A stretch of 64,000 bases of DNA from Gloeobacterales cyanobacterium (GTDB taxonomy: Bacteria > Cyanobacteriota > Cyanobacteriia > Gloeobacterales > PMM-0068): NCBI GenBank assembly GCA_038245785.1, contig JBBRSB010000024.1, positions 1 to 64,000 of the forward strand. The letters run 5' to 3'. Made by a program: the position numbers and the translations under genes. Every line of letters starts with the position of its first letter. Positions within the stretch are counted from its first letter, which is position 1. Below the pieces are notes generated by a model. The model ran no database searches, had not been told where the DNA came from, and saw nothing but the letters and a program-made list of their open reading frames with translations. Positions 1 through 10,377 of this stretch are shown here, piece after piece.

Positions 1-82
1 GACCCGCCCTTGCTCATACGGGGTCATGGCCCCAAGCGACTGTTCGGGTTCAAGAGCGAGTAAGCGGCAACCTAGGCTCAGC
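1..82 (+). ncRNA. ssrS: probable 3' part of 6S RNA, truncated by the window edge
   Basis: GGGTTCAAGAGCGAGTAAGCGGCAAC resembles the conserved 6S 3' strand (GGTTCAAG...GCGGCA); no ORF here; recognised from memory only. Confidence 0.5.
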
Positions 83-125
83 CACGATATCCAGTATCAA
101 GGGGTTATCGGTTTACCGCTCACTC

Positions 126-796
126 TCAACATACAAGGGGTCGAAAATGTTGCGCCTTAGGTAATTCACCAAAGCGCTCCTGATAGCGAGCTAGTAGCTC
201 TTCAGGAGTTGGAATCAGTCCGCCATCAACCGTGAAGAAGTGCGGCTCTTGTTGATGAATGCCTAGAAACAGCTCTAGCTGATGGCTCCATAGATGTCCC
301 TGGGAGTTAGGTTCTAGGGGCTGATAGGTGCCATCTACGAGGTGGAAGCCTTGAAATTCTAAACTAAAGGGATCAAACCAGAAGTAGTCAGGGGTGCGGA
401 AGATATCTTGATAGAGTTGCTTATTCAACCCTCGGTCCGTATCTGCAGTCTTGTCCGAAAGAATTTCGACAATGATGTCGGGGTATTTGCCCCCTTCTGC
501 CCAAACTACCCAACTTTTGCGTGGTTTACGCTCAGTCCCTAAACGAAAAAGTCTGGGCCTCGAAAATCTCGTGACTTAATCTGCTCTGGATTGAAGTAGA
601 CGGTCAAATTACCAGAAGCATAGAAATCTTGACGCTCTCGCCATAACCATTCCAGCAAGCGAATCAGCAAATCGATTTGTTTACGGTGCAGATCACTTTC
701 CAAGGGAGGCTCGTCACTCCAGAGGTCGCTAGGCGGAAGTACGATATCATCCCATATTTGGTTTTGAACAATATCTAAATCTTTGGCAAGAGACAT
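126..796 (-). pseudogene. Uma2 (DUF820) family endonuclease, frameshifted
   Basis: ...DFRGPDFFV stops at TAG 539-541; another frame continues LGTERKPRKSWVVWAEGGKYPDIIVEILS...LNKQLYQDIFRTPDYFWFDP. Confidence 0.8.
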
Positions 797-993
797 ACAT
801 ACCTCTGATAAGAGGATCTGAGTCTAGTTTAGAGGTAAGTCTTCAGGGAAGGTTATTCGTTCTTATCAATATCCCAAATTTCTTAGCGTGCTGGCGTCCT
901 TATGAAGGACGTATAGGTCTATCGCTGACCAAACCAAGATATCTGGACTCCCTATGTGGTATTTAGGGTGTTCAGCCTACCCAGCAATCCTCT

Positions 994-1983
994 ATGCCCG
1001 TTTATCTCTACTACGGTGAAGATGCCTATTCTCTCGACAAGGCCGTTCATATCTTGCGAACGAAATTGGTGGATGCGGCTTGGGAAGCCTTTAACTACCA
1101 GCGTTTAGGGCCAGAAGAAGGACAAGAAGCCCTAAACATCGCACTCACCCCCGCTTTTGGGCAAGGGAACCGTTTAGTTTGGCTAGAAAATGCCCAGCTT
1201 TTAAAGGAGTGTTCTGACGATCTTTATAAAGAATTGGAGCGCACTCTCCCCCTGCTTCCGCCAGAGAATCACTTGCTCTTGAGCATGGTCGGCAAACCAG
1301 ACAAACGCATAAAGGCGACGAAGCTTATTGAGAAAATTGCTAAAGTCCAAGCATTTGACTTGATTGCTAGTTGGAATGAAGAAGCTATTTTGCATCAGGT
1401 ACAAGCAAAAGCTCAAGCGAAAGGATTAAGGTTGAGTGCTGAGGCCTCTGTCCTTTTAGCTGATGCGGTTGGTAACGATACTCGATGCTTAGAAAACGAA
1501 TTAGAGAAACTTGCTCTGTACACCAAATATAGTGCAATCAATGACTCCAATGAAGTCATTGTGGAGAAAGAAACAATAGAGAGCTTAGTTCCTTCTACCG
1601 CACACAATAGTTTCCAACTAGCTTCTAGTATTCTTCAGGCAAAAACAGATAGAGCCCTAGATATTCTTCAAGAACTCTTAGGCCGAAATGAGCCAGCACT
1701 AAAGATCAGTGCAGTATTAATCAGCCAGTTTAGAACCTGGATTTGGATCAAAGTTTTGAGCGAGAAGGGGGGGAAAGACCCTAAAGAAATTGCAGATATG
1801 GCTGAGATTGGGAACCCCAAAAGAATTTTCTTTTTACAAAGAGAAGTGAAGAGAGTTCAGACTAGACAGCTACTGAATACGTTGGAGGTGCTCTTAGATT
1901 TAGAGGTAGCTCTTAAATCAGGGAATACTAGTAGAGAAGCCTTAGAGATTGCGGTAATTAGGCTCTGTAAAATACTGCAATAA
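994..1983 (+). CDS. holA: DNA polymerase III subunit delta
   Basis: MPVYLYYGED start; ENELEKLALY and EPALKI motifs. Confidence 0.92.
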   Translation: MPVYLYYGEDAYSLDKAVHILRTKLVDAAWEAFNYQRLGPEEGQEALNIALTPAFGQGNRLVWLENAQLLKECSDDLYKELERTLPLLPPENHLLLSMVGKPDKRIKATKLIEKIAKVQAFDLIASWNEEAILHQVQAKAQAKGLRLSAEASVLLADAVGNDTRCLENELEKLALYTKYSAINDSNEVIVEKETIESLVPSTAHNSFQLASSILQAKTDRALDILQELLGRNEPALKISAVLISQFRTWIWIKVLSEKGGKDPKEIADMAEIGNPKRIFFLQREVKRVQTRQLLNTLEVLLDLEVALKSGNTSREALEIAVIRLCKILQ

Positions 1984-2040
1984 ACACCACTATTTTCGAA
2001 GAAGCCGCTATGATAAATCATAATTTCAGATGGTGAGGAC

Positions 2041-2445
2041 ATGGAAGAGTTAAAGGAGATTGAGTTTGATCAGCCTGTTGTTCCTCTTCACGTTTATCGG
2101 GCTTTGGCGACAGAAACCCAGTATCTTCGCAAACAGAACCAGAGATTGACTATCAACCAAGAGGACTTAGCGGAGCAGAATCAAGCTTTTATGGACGAGA
2201 TTTTGCGCCAAGAGCACGAAATCAGTCAGCTTAATATCTATCAGACGGCCTCCAGGAAAAAATCTAAACGATCCGCCCCTTTCAACCCAGACCCCTATCT
2301 AAAGGGAAAAAAGTCTCCTGGCCCCAAACAGAAGGTGGGTATAGAATTAATCATCCTTGTTGCCACCGTAATTTTTTCGGGAGCCGCAGGCTACGGAACC
2401 TTTTATATTGGCCGAAATCTAGTTACTCCGCTGCTTACACGTTGA
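2041..2445 (+). CDS. hypothetical coiled-coil protein with a C-terminal TM helix
   Basis: 134-aa ORF, GAGG upstream, hydrophobic C-terminus. Confidence 0.7.
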   Translation: MEELKEIEFDQPVVPLHVYRALATETQYLRKQNQRLTINQEDLAEQNQAFMDEILRQEHEISQLNIYQTASRKKSKRSAPFNPDPYLKGKKSPGPKQKVGIELIILVATVIFSGAAGYGTFYIGRNLVTPLLTR

Positions 2446-2585
2446 CCATTCTGTAAATTCCCTTACAGGTATTTGGCTTTTTTAGAAAGGGATGGTATTG
2501 TTCTTTAAGATTTTTGTAGTGCTCAATACACGAACTGTAACAAGGGAATGTGCGCGCTCAGAACATATAGAAGAGGAGGCCCAAG

Positions 2586-2885
2586 TTGGCCAGAAGGAAA
2601 AGAAAAAGCCCTAGCCGTTTGCAGGGTAAGAGATTACTCGATTTAGTACCCCGTTTCAAATTGGATTGCGGTGAAGAGAAATCTGTCACTGCGGCAAGAC
2701 AGTACATTCAGGAAAGAGGGATTATTCCCCCAGCGCTCCTGCTTGTGCGTCGCAACGAACACACGATTGACCGTTATTTTTGGGCGCAAAAAGGGTTGTT
2801 CTCTGCGCAGTACGTAGAAGAGAACCATTTCTTGTTCCCTAGCCTTCACGATTTCGTGAACGAAGAGCTTTCTAAGGCTGGTTAG
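2586..2885 (+). CDS. conserved cyanobacterial protein (DUF3155-like)
   Basis: MARRKRKS...RRNEHTIDRYFWAQKGLFSAQYVEENHFLFPSL; GAGGAGG RBS. Confidence 0.8.
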   Translation: MARRKRKSPSRLQGKRLLDLVPRFKLDCGEEKSVTAARQYIQERGIIPPALLLVRRNEHTIDRYFWAQKGLFSAQYVEENHFLFPSLHDFVNEELSKAG

Positions 2886-2897
2886 TCTTCAATACAC

Positions 2898-2932
2898 CAA
2901 AACAGGGGGCAAGTATACTGTCCTTTGTTTTG
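2898..2932 (+). terminator. possible intrinsic terminator hairpin
   Basis: CAAAACAGGGGGCA...TGTCCTTTGTTTTG imperfect stem just after the stop codon. Confidence 0.4.
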
Positions 2933-3137
2933 CTGTATTCACTTTTAGAAGTATCGACATTTTTGCTGAGTAGGAATGCTTAATCCTTCCGTTTATTAAC
3001 GCTGTAAACATTTTCTATCGTTTTGGATTTGCAATTGTCCCTAAGCATCATTAGTGTCCCGCAAAATAGACATGGCCACTGCAATTAAGAGAACGTGGCA
3101 CTTTAACGGCCGTTTTGAAATTTAGTTGTTAAAAGAC

Positions 3138-3222
3138 TGGGAGTGGCGGGACTTGAACCCGCACGTCTCTTACGAAACTTCAGATTTTAAGTCTGATGCG
3201 TCTACCATTCCGCCACACTCCC
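3138..3222 (-). tRNA. trnL: tRNA-Leu(UAA), intron-less
   Basis: GGGAGTGTGGCGGAATGGTAGACGCATCAGACTTAAAATCTGA...GGGTTCAAGTCCCGCCACTCCCA; anticodon TAA, long variable arm. Confidence 0.97.
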
Positions 3223-3333
3223 AAGAGGATTTATTATAAGGCGCGCGTGTCCCTAGTTTTCTAGATTTCCTGACGCAGGCCACCATTATCAGTAAGGCAT
3301 TGCAGTACTACGCCCTTACTCGTAGCGTGAGGG

Positions 3334-3843
3334 CTACTCTAAAGGAGCTTCAGAGACTTCTGCACCTTTAGCCTGTACAACCAACCGACGCTCTGGTTCG
3401 CGGCCTCTGCTCTCGGTTTGAACATCCTCATGGACACTTAAAATCGTGTGCACATAGCGTCGCTCGGCAGAAGACATCGGCTCAAAGATGTATTCCTGTC
3501 CCATAGAACGCACATAGTCTAGGGCCGCATCCGCTAGGTCCCGCAACTCTTGTTGTCGACGCTGACGGTAACCGGCAAATTCAATGGTGTAAGAATGCTG
3601 TTCTTCCTGAGCGGCATGGATATTTAGTAGGGTATTGGCGAGAAACTGGATTGCATCTAGAGAAGAACCTCCAGAACCAACCATTACCTTCTGTTGCTCT
3701 AGGGTAAAGTTCCCCTCTGCTATCCGCAACCACAGGGATTCGGCCTGTTCCTCTTCTAGCGCTTCCACCTCAGCAGGCAAACCCATGAGGGTCAGTACCT
3801 CTCCCACCCATTGCTTGCCCCGTTCCTGCACAGTCATAGTCAT
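3334..3843 (-). CDS. jag: Jag/EloR R3H-domain RNA-binding protein
   Basis: PMSSAERRYVH...SRGREPERRLVV R3H motif; follows yidC. Confidence 0.9.
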   Translation of the reverse strand: MTMTVQERGKQWVGEVLTLMGLPAEVEALEEEQAESLWLRIAEGNFTLEQQKVMVGSGGSSLDAIQFLANTLLNIHAAQEEQHSYTIEFAGYRQRRQQELRDLADAALDYVRSMGQEYIFEPMSSAERRYVHTILSVHEDVQTESRGREPERRLVVQAKGAEVSEAPLE

Positions 3844-3861
3844 CTTACTTTTCTCTGAGGT

Positions 3862-5055
3862 TTATTCTGGTTTCTTGCGGTCTTTGCGCGGCTTACGGTT
3901 ATTGAGACCCGTGTTGCTATTTCCCTTTTCTGTAGCCTGCACATCAATCGTCTTTTTAGCGCGGCGGGAGTTGCCTTCAAAGGGAATCTCCATACCTGTC
4001 CCAGCTTCCTGCATCTGTTGCTTTTGGAGCAGCTGTTCTTTGATTTTTTGAAGATTCTCTGGTAAGGGTTCACGATAGAGAATAATCGTCTGAACAACTT
4101 GGAAGATGTTGGAAATCACCATATATAGCAGGACCCCAGCAGGCAAGGGAAAGAAGATAAACATGGCCGTCAGCAAAGGAGGCGTTATCTTCTGAGTCAG
4201 CTGCTGTTGCTCATTTTGGACGATCATGTTTTTCGAAGTGATCGCCTGGGATACATAGAGAGATAGACCAAAGAAGACAACGAGCGCTAAGACATCCCAA
4301 TGAATTTTATTTTCTGTGAAAACCCCTATATGCCCAATCTTTTCTATAAAGAGGAACCCTTTCTCGGCAGCAATACCTTTTACATGGGCTTCCAGCATGA
4401 CATCGCCTTCTGCCTTAGCCGTCAGTAAGCCTGTATTAGAGATAGAAATTTTATCTGTTCCAGACTTAACGACCCAATTGACAGGAAGCTTAGTAAACGG
4501 CTCACCCTTCGGATCTTCAACCTTGAGCTGGAGAGACTTGCCGACAGGAACTTTCCCGCCAGAAGGTTCTACGTACACCGGCTCATGGGTAGAAGTATTC
4601 AGGTAAATATTATGGGGGCCTGCTTTGCCCTCTACCTGAAGCTGTTCAGTAGCGGGAACCACTTTCAAATTCACGTTGTAAATCTGGTCTGAGAAGGGTG
4701 ACCCTCTCAACGTGGCAAACAGGGCAAACAGAATCGGCATCTGAACCAGTACAGGCAAGCAGCCTGCTAGCGGATTACCAAATTCTTTAAAGAGTTCCGC
4801 CTGGGCTTGCTGAAGCGCTGTCGGGTCATTCTTGAATTTCTGTTGGATCTCTTTTTGCCGCTCTTGCATGATGGGCTGAGAGACCTGCATCCGACGCATG
4901 CTTTGGATGCTCTTGGCGGTGAGCGGCCAGAGAGCGAACTTTACAACCAGGGTGAGTAAAACAATAGACCAACCGTAATCCTGAACAATCTTGAAGAAAA
5001 AATCCAAGATTGGCAGCATCACGTTGTTTGTTAAAAAGCCGACTCCAAAATCCAT
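3862..5055 (-). CDS. yidC: membrane protein insertase YidC
   Basis: NPLAGCLPVLVQMPILFALF and PAGVLLYMVISNIFQ motifs. Confidence 0.95.
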   Translation of the reverse strand: MDFGVGFLTNNVMLPILDFFFKIVQDYGWSIVLLTLVVKFALWPLTAKSIQSMRRMQVSQPIMQERQKEIQQKFKNDPTALQQAQAELFKEFGNPLAGCLPVLVQMPILFALFATLRGSPFSDQIYNVNLKVVPATEQLQVEGKAGPHNIYLNTSTHEPVYVEPSGGKVPVGKSLQLKVEDPKGEPFTKLPVNWVVKSGTDKISISNTGLLTAKAEGDVMLEAHVKGIAAEKGFLFIEKIGHIGVFTENKIHWDVLALVVFFGLSLYVSQAITSKNMIVQNEQQQLTQKITPPLLTAMFIFFPLPAGVLLYMVISNIFQVVQTIILYREPLPENLQKIKEQLLQKQQMQEAGTGMEIPFEGNSRRAKKTIDVQATEKGNSNTGLNNRKPRKDRKKPE

Positions 5056-5088
5056 AACGTGGGCAAGCCCCGTGACATCTCACTCATC

Positions 5089-5502
5089 TTAACGTTTGGT
5101 AGCAGTCTTGTTGCTAATGGTTGACTTTCCAGGGTTAATCATCCGCTCACGGATCCGCTCAGCAATCTCCCGAAACTTAGGCACAGCCTTCAGTTCCAAA
5201 CGCGCGCCGTCCTTCAGTACTAATAGAAGTGTCCCGTAGCCAAACAGGCCACCCACGATAGACGCAGGCACATCTTTCACTTCCACAATCTCTTTGTAGG
5301 TAACATCCGTGCGGTTACGCCCCTGCCAGCCCCCTTCCACGCTCAGGCGCAGGTTGGTGAACCGATACTTCACAAAGATCCAACGAACCAGAGAACCAAT
5401 CCAGATGGGCAGCCAAATGACAGTCACCAGTAGAAACGTATTGACTATCAGATCGCCTGGGTGAATACGGCCCTCATAAATCACCTCTTCCTGAATTGCC
5501 AT
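5089..5502 (-). CDS. bacterial PH-domain membrane protein
   Basis: YRFTNLRLSVEGGWQGR; usual position between rnpA and yidC in cyanobacteria. Confidence 0.8.
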   Translation of the reverse strand: MAIQEEVIYEGRIHPGDLIVNTFLLVTVIWLPIWIGSLVRWIFVKYRFTNLRLSVEGGWQGRNRTDVTYKEIVEVKDVPASIVGGLFGYGTLLLVLKDGARLELKAVPKFREIAERIRERMINPGKSTISNKTATKR

Positions 5503-5833
5503 GCAAAACCCCAGCCTTCATAAGCAGATTATTTAATTTTGACTTAATAATTGAAAATGAGCTACCTACTGCTTCCGTCCGGAGAATCACCACTATATCC
5601 ACGGGAAGCATTTGGGGTATAAATTCTCTGAAGGCTTCTCGCACCAATCGCTTAAGACGGTTACGGATTACGGCTTTACCTACTTTAGTGCTTATGGAAA
5701 TACCGACCCGTGGTTCAGACACTTCATTCTTCAGTACAAGAAGAACCAGAGAAGGACAACTGAACCTGCGGGCTTTTTCATAGACTCGCTTGAATTGCCA
5801 GGATTTACGCAAGCGATAGGGCTTTGGAAGCAC
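5474..5833 (-). CDS. rnpA: ribonuclease P protein component
   Basis: RVGISISTKVGKAVIRNRLKR RNR motif. Confidence 0.95.
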   Translation of the reverse strand: MLPKPYRLRKSWQFKRVYEKARRFSCPSLVLLVLKNEVSEPRVGISISTKVGKAVIRNRLKRLVREAFREFIPQMLPVDIVVILRTEAVGSSFSIIKSKLNNLLMKAGVLHGNSGRGDL

Positions 5834-5853
5834 TTAATTGCCCACATAAAGCA

Positions 5854-5988
5854 CTAGATAGCTAGGCGGTGACGTCCCCGCTTCCGACGAGCATTCAAGA
5901 CCCGACGACCACCTACGGTAAGCATGCGGGCGCGAAAACCGGAGGTGCGTTTGCGCTTGCGATTGGTGCCCCCAAGGGTACGCTTCAT
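5854..5988 (-). CDS. rpmH: 50S ribosomal protein L34 (44 aa, not in the ORF track)
   Basis: manual translation [44 protein letters not shown]. Confidence 0.97.
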   Translation of the reverse strand: MKRTLGGTNRKRKRTSGFRARMLTVGGRRVLNARRKRGRHRLAI

Positions 5989-6269
5989 AACCGTTCCTCA
6001 ATTCCTAATTAATTTGGGGCAAAAAATACCCAAGTCCAAGATCATACGTCAAAACCCGTACTTAAGAATAGAGATTCCCTTTAGGTGGAGGACGGTTAGA
6101 ATGAAACACCCTAACCCAAAGCGTCTGCTCCTCTAAATGGTCCACTACCCATAGGGTTGTGTCCTTGTTAGAACACTATTTATGGTCTCTAGTGCTGGAC
6201 GCATGTCCGGATCATGAGTAGAATTGCCGCAAATTGCCGTTAGCTTTTCCCCTCGGCGGAGTGTCGTAG

Positions 6270-7622
6270 GTGCAACTCACTATCGAAAGCCTTTGGTCTG
6301 AAATTCTGGAGCGTTTACGGATGCGTCTAACGCGTCCAGCGTACGAAACCTGGCTAAAGCCTGCTCGTGTGGAAGCTTTTGATGAAAATCAGCTCACCAT
6401 TCAAACTTCTACTCCCTTTGCTCGTAGTTGGTTACAGAAGCACTACGCAGCAGCAATCGCTGAAGCAGCCCATGAAGTTTTGGGCAAATCTGTAGAAGTA
6501 GCTTTTACTTCCAGTGACTCTTCTGAGGATGAACTCAGAAAAGACCTCATGGAGCATGCCGCACCCAAACCAGCCCCAACGCCCAAATCAGATTTCATTA
6601 TTGGGACCCTGAACTCCAAGTACATCTTTTCGCGCTTTGTAGTAGGAGTGACGAACCGCATGGCCCACGCAGCTTCTCTCGCCGTAGCAGAAGTGCCAGG
6701 AAAAGATTTCAATCCCCTGTTTCTCTGCGGTGGCGTTGGCTTGGGCAAAACCCATCTTATGCAGGCTATTGGTCACTATCGCCTGGAAGTAAACCCACAG
6801 AGCAAAATCTGCTACATCAGTACCGAACGGTTTACGAACGACTTGATAGAAGCAATTAACCGAAATGCGATGCAAGCTTTTCGTGAACGCTACCGAAAGG
6901 TAGACCTACTCATGATTGACGACGTGCAATTTTTAGAAGGGAAAGAATACACGCAAGAAGAGTTTTTTCATACTTTTAACGTACTTCATGAGGATGGCAA
7001 GCAAATCGTTCTGGCTGCAGATCGCCCGCCCCACATGATTTCTGGACTCCAAGACCGTCTGTGCTCTCGTTTTTCTATGGGCTTGATTGCTGATATTCAA
7101 ACACCTGATTTAGAAACGCGGATGGCGATTCTACAGAAGAAAGCAGAAGATGAAGGAAACTACATTCCCAAAGAAGTTATTCAATTTATTGCAACTACCT
7201 ATACCAATAACATCAGAGAACTGGAAGGGGCGCTGATTCGCGCTATCGCCTACGTTTCCATCTCAGGGTTGCCCATGCGGGTAGAAACGATTCGGCCCAT
7301 TCTTTCTCCTCCCCAACCGAAGGGCGAAGTTACTCCAAATTCTGTACTGGACATCGTTAGTGAGGAGATGGGCATTGACCTGGAAGAACTTCGTGGAAAT
7401 TCCCGCAAGCGCGAAATTTCGATCGCGAGACAGATCTGTATGTATCTTCTGCGTAGCCATACAGATTTGAGTCTGCCCAAGATTGGTGCCATTTTGGGGG
7501 GCAAAGACCACACGACCGTGCTCTATGCTATCGATAAAATCAGTGAGCTCAAGAGCCATGATGCCCAGACTACACGCCTACTTCAGCGCATTTCTCAGCG
7601 GCTAATTTCAGAGGCAGATTAA
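6270..7622 (+). CDS. dnaA: chromosomal replication initiator DnaA
   Basis: [25 protein letters not shown] and GGKDHTTV motifs. Confidence 0.98.
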   Translation: MQLTIESLWSEILERLRMRLTRPAYETWLKPARVEAFDENQLTIQTSTPFARSWLQKHYAAAIAEAAHEVLGKSVEVAFTSSDSSEDELRKDLMEHAAPKPAPTPKSDFIIGTLNSKYIFSRFVVGVTNRMAHAASLAVAEVPGKDFNPLFLCGGVGLGKTHLMQAIGHYRLEVNPQSKICYISTERFTNDLIEAINRNAMQAFRERYRKVDLLMIDDVQFLEGKEYTQEEFFHTFNVLHEDGKQIVLAADRPPHMISGLQDRLCSRFSMGLIADIQTPDLETRMAILQKKAEDEGNYIPKEVIQFIATTYTNNIRELEGALIRAIAYVSISGLPMRVETIRPILSPPQPKGEVTPNSVLDIVSEEMGIDLEELRGNSRKREISIARQICMYLLRSHTDLSLPKIGAILGGKDHTTVLYAIDKISELKSHDAQTTRLLQRISQRLISEAD

Positions 7623-7746
7623 GTAACTATGCCATTTCCCCACGTTTCCTTTTCCCCTTCTCTTAAGATAGGCGGGTCAGCTCAATCTTAGAGATTTAGA
7701 ATATGAACAAAAACACACAAAAGAGGACCCAGCGTCATTAAGAGCC

Positions 7747-7957
7747 TGTGGATAACTTGTGGAAAAGCTGTGGATAAACTGGGGATAAAGGGCCTGTTTA
7801 TCCACAGGCAAATATGCCCTGTGGATAACTTCAGACTTATGCACAGATCATTCCACAGGCCTGTGGAATTTCTAGACCATATGCAGAGGCTGTTTCATGA
7901 GTTATCCACATTTTCCACACCCCCTACTACTACTACTAAATAAAATATTTAAAAAAG
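7747..7957. promoter_or_regulatory. oriC: oriC: DnaA-box cluster, DnaA-trios and AT-rich unwinding element
   Basis: TGTGGATAA at 7747, 7769, 7820; TTATCCACA at 7798, 7902; near-matches at 7758, 7780, 7837, 7862, 7911; then CCCC, (TAC)4 and an AT tract; lies between dnaA and dnaN. Confidence 0.92.
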
Positions 7958-8133
7958 ACAGAAGAATACTTCTAGGGGAACCGCTGAAAAATTTCAGATC
8001 CGCAAAGCCAAAAGATCCAGGTCTTTTTTCTCAAGTACTTAGATCTTGAAACCCGAAGCGACAAGACCAACCCCTTGGTAGAATCAACGCCATCACCAAG
8101 CATCGAATCATTGAAAACCCAGAGCCATTCCTC

Positions 8134-9264
8134 ATGAAACTAGTTTGTGGTCAAGAACAGCTGAATCAAAACCTAAATCTGATCAGCAGAGCCGTAGCCA
8201 CCCGGCCAACCCATCCCATCCTGTCCAATATTTTGGTGGAAGCGACCGATGACGGCTTTATGACGCTCACGGCCTATGACCTAGACCTGGGGATTGTCAG
8301 TCGTTTCCCGGCGGAGGTGGCGGTCCCCGGTCGCACCACCCTCCCCGCTAAGTATCTGAGCGATATTGTCTCCAAGCTTCCTGCCAAGGCCCCGATTACC
8401 TTTGCGATGAAGGGCGATGACCTGGTGATGTTGGAATGTGGGTTTAGTGAGTATCAGGTGCGGGCCATGGACCCGGTGGACTTCCCGGCCATTCCTCAGC
8501 TTCCTGAGGCTGATTCCTTTCATCTGGAAGTGCAGGATTTACTCCAGGGCTTAGACTTCACACTTTTCTCAGCCTCTGCCGATGAGACGAAACAGGTTCT
8601 GACGGGGGTTCATATCAAGACCGCTAAAGACAACTCTGAATTTGCGGCCACCGATGGACATCGCTTGGCCGTGGTCCGCACCAATCCCGTAGCGGCTAAT
8701 GGCAATAAAACTGCTCCTACCCTGGATGTCACCATTCCTGTACGCGCCCTCCGCGAACTGCAAAAAATGCTCAGTGCCCATACGGCAGAAACTGTAGAGG
8801 TCAGTCTGGACCGGGGACAGGTGATTTTCCAATTGCCGGACCAGCGGCTTACAACGCGTCTTTTGGACGGGCAGTACCCCAACTATGGGCAGCTGATTCC
8901 AGAAAGTTTTATTCGCAACGCCGACTTGGAACGCAAGTCCTTCTTAAATGCCCTGGAACGCATCTCAGTACTAGCCGACCAGAAAAACCACATTGTCCGG
9001 ATGGACTTCGCTTCTACGGGCATCCTGACCCTCTCTGTGGACGCTCCTGATGTCGGGAGCGGTCGTGAACAACTAGAAATTCGTTATACCGGCGAAGACC
9101 TCACCATTGCCTTCAACGTGAAATATCTCCTCGAAGGCCTCAGAGTAATCCAGGCCAGCGATATCAAGCTCCAGTTCAATGGCCCGGTCAATCCAGCGGT
9201 GCTTAAACCTATTGACGGCAGCGATTTTTCCTACTTGGTCATGCCCGTACATCTGCGGACTTGA
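8134..9264 (+). CDS. dnaN: DNA polymerase III beta clamp
   Basis: AATDGHRLA, GQYPNY, IAFNVKYL and YLVMPV motifs. Confidence 0.97.
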   Translation: MKLVCGQEQLNQNLNLISRAVATRPTHPILSNILVEATDDGFMTLTAYDLDLGIVSRFPAEVAVPGRTTLPAKYLSDIVSKLPAKAPITFAMKGDDLVMLECGFSEYQVRAMDPVDFPAIPQLPEADSFHLEVQDLLQGLDFTLFSASADETKQVLTGVHIKTAKDNSEFAATDGHRLAVVRTNPVAANGNKTAPTLDVTIPVRALRELQKMLSAHTAETVEVSLDRGQVIFQLPDQRLTTRLLDGQYPNYGQLIPESFIRNADLERKSFLNALERISVLADQKNHIVRMDFASTGILTLSVDAPDVGSGREQLEIRYTGEDLTIAFNVKYLLEGLRVIQASDIKLQFNGPVNPAVLKPIDGSDFSYLVMPVHLRT

Positions 9265-9884
9265 TTATTGCGCTCATCTTTCTTCTCCGCCAATATCTGA
9301 AGCAAATGAAAATGAATATCGGACTATGCACGGTACAGATAACTTATCAGTCTAGCCAGCAAGAAACAGCACAGCTTGAACCTGCATCTAAAGCTGATAT
9401 GCCCACTGACTGGGAGTTCGCCTGGCCTGAGTTTTGGCAGAAAACAGACTTTGATAACCACGAAGCCATTGTCAAACTGGCTTACCAGGGGAAAATTTGG
9501 GGACTCGTGCGGTACATCCTCTATCCCACTCGTATTTATGGACCGATAGACCAAATGGAGATTTTACATTTGGAAACCCATCCAGCCTGCCGTGGAGATA
9601 ACCCTCATCGGTTGATACGGCCAGTGGGCATATGGCTAGTCTGGTATGCGGCCCAAGTGGCTCTCCAGTTGTGTAGTCCAGAGCCTGGTGAGCATAACTT
9701 GATTAGACTTTCTTCCCTTGAAGATGCTGCCGATTACTATCGTGATGTGGTGGGAATGAAATTCCTAGGTCTTGACGCAGGAGCTCCAGGGGAGGACATG
9801 TATGCTTTCGCCTTCTCTCGATCACAAGCAACTGACTATTGCTCAAGACACAAGCTCTGCTACCAACCAGAATGGCCTGACTAG
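9261..9884 (+). CDS. hypothetical protein, possibly GNAT-like (true start probably near 9306-9312)
   Basis: long ORF; EILHLE...VGIWL...SLEDAADYYRDVVGM pattern is reminiscent of a GNAT fold. Confidence 0.55.
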   Translation: MIIALIFLLRQYLKQMKMNIGLCTVQITYQSSQQETAQLEPASKADMPTDWEFAWPEFWQKTDFDNHEAIVKLAYQGKIWGLVRYILYPTRIYGPIDQMEILHLETHPACRGDNPHRLIRPVGIWLVWYAAQVALQLCSPEPGEHNLIRLSSLEDAADYYRDVVGMKFLGLDAGAPGEDMYAFAFSRSQATDYCSRHKLCYQPEWPD

Positions 9885-10095
9885 CCTTAAGCTTTTAACT
9901 TCTGTGGTAAAAATTAAGGTCTTAGGGCATGATAGAGAAGCTATGGAAAAAGGGCATGTACTCTTTTCCCTTCTCAAAAGAAGCAAGTAGCCGACTACTG
10001 CTCAAGACACAAGCTCTGCTATACATAACAGACGTACCGAACAAAAAACGGGAGTTCACACATGAAGGCTACTACTCAAGGCAAAAGCTCTGCTA
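9834..10095 (+). repeat. three degenerate 29-bp direct repeats of the upstream gene's 3' end
   Basis: GACTAYTGCTCAAGACACAAGCTCTGCTA at 9834 and 9993; diverged copy at 10067. Confidence 0.8.
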
Positions 10096-10253
10096 CACAT
10101 CAGGATACCCTTACTAGTGTTCAAGTCCGTGTGGGCAGCAAAGAGGTCATGACACGCGCAGAGCGTATCCAGTACCTGAGAAACTCATCTCTGGGTCGCT
10201 TGTATGGAGTTGAACAGACTAAGTAGTTCCTGCGTACTCATCTAAGCTTTTTG

Positions 10254-10288
10254 AATGCCCTTGAAAACTTCAGGGGCATTTGTATTTT
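10254..10288. terminator. hairpin, probable terminator
   Basis: AATGCCCTTGAA-AAC-TTCAGGGGCATT followed by TGTATTTT. Confidence 0.5.
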
Positions 10289-10377
10289 AAACAGCATCCT
10301 GGACCTCAAGTGAGCCGGTCCGTTTCGTGTCCAGAAAAACCCGACACTGAAGCGAAAAGAAAACTTGAGGAAAGAAA

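Noticed and set aside
2452..2467. NtcA site TGTA-N8-TACA
   Set aside because: No -10 box at activating distance; it lies immediately after a stop codon and may simply be a hairpin
3138..3222. tRNA used as an integration site
   Set aside because: No duplicate of the tRNA 3' end and no integrase seen in the window
9834..10095. CRISPR array or DGR template/variable repeats
   Set aside because: Only three copies, with unequal gaps (130 and 45 nt); the repeat is coding sequence; no cas or reverse transcriptase gene in the window
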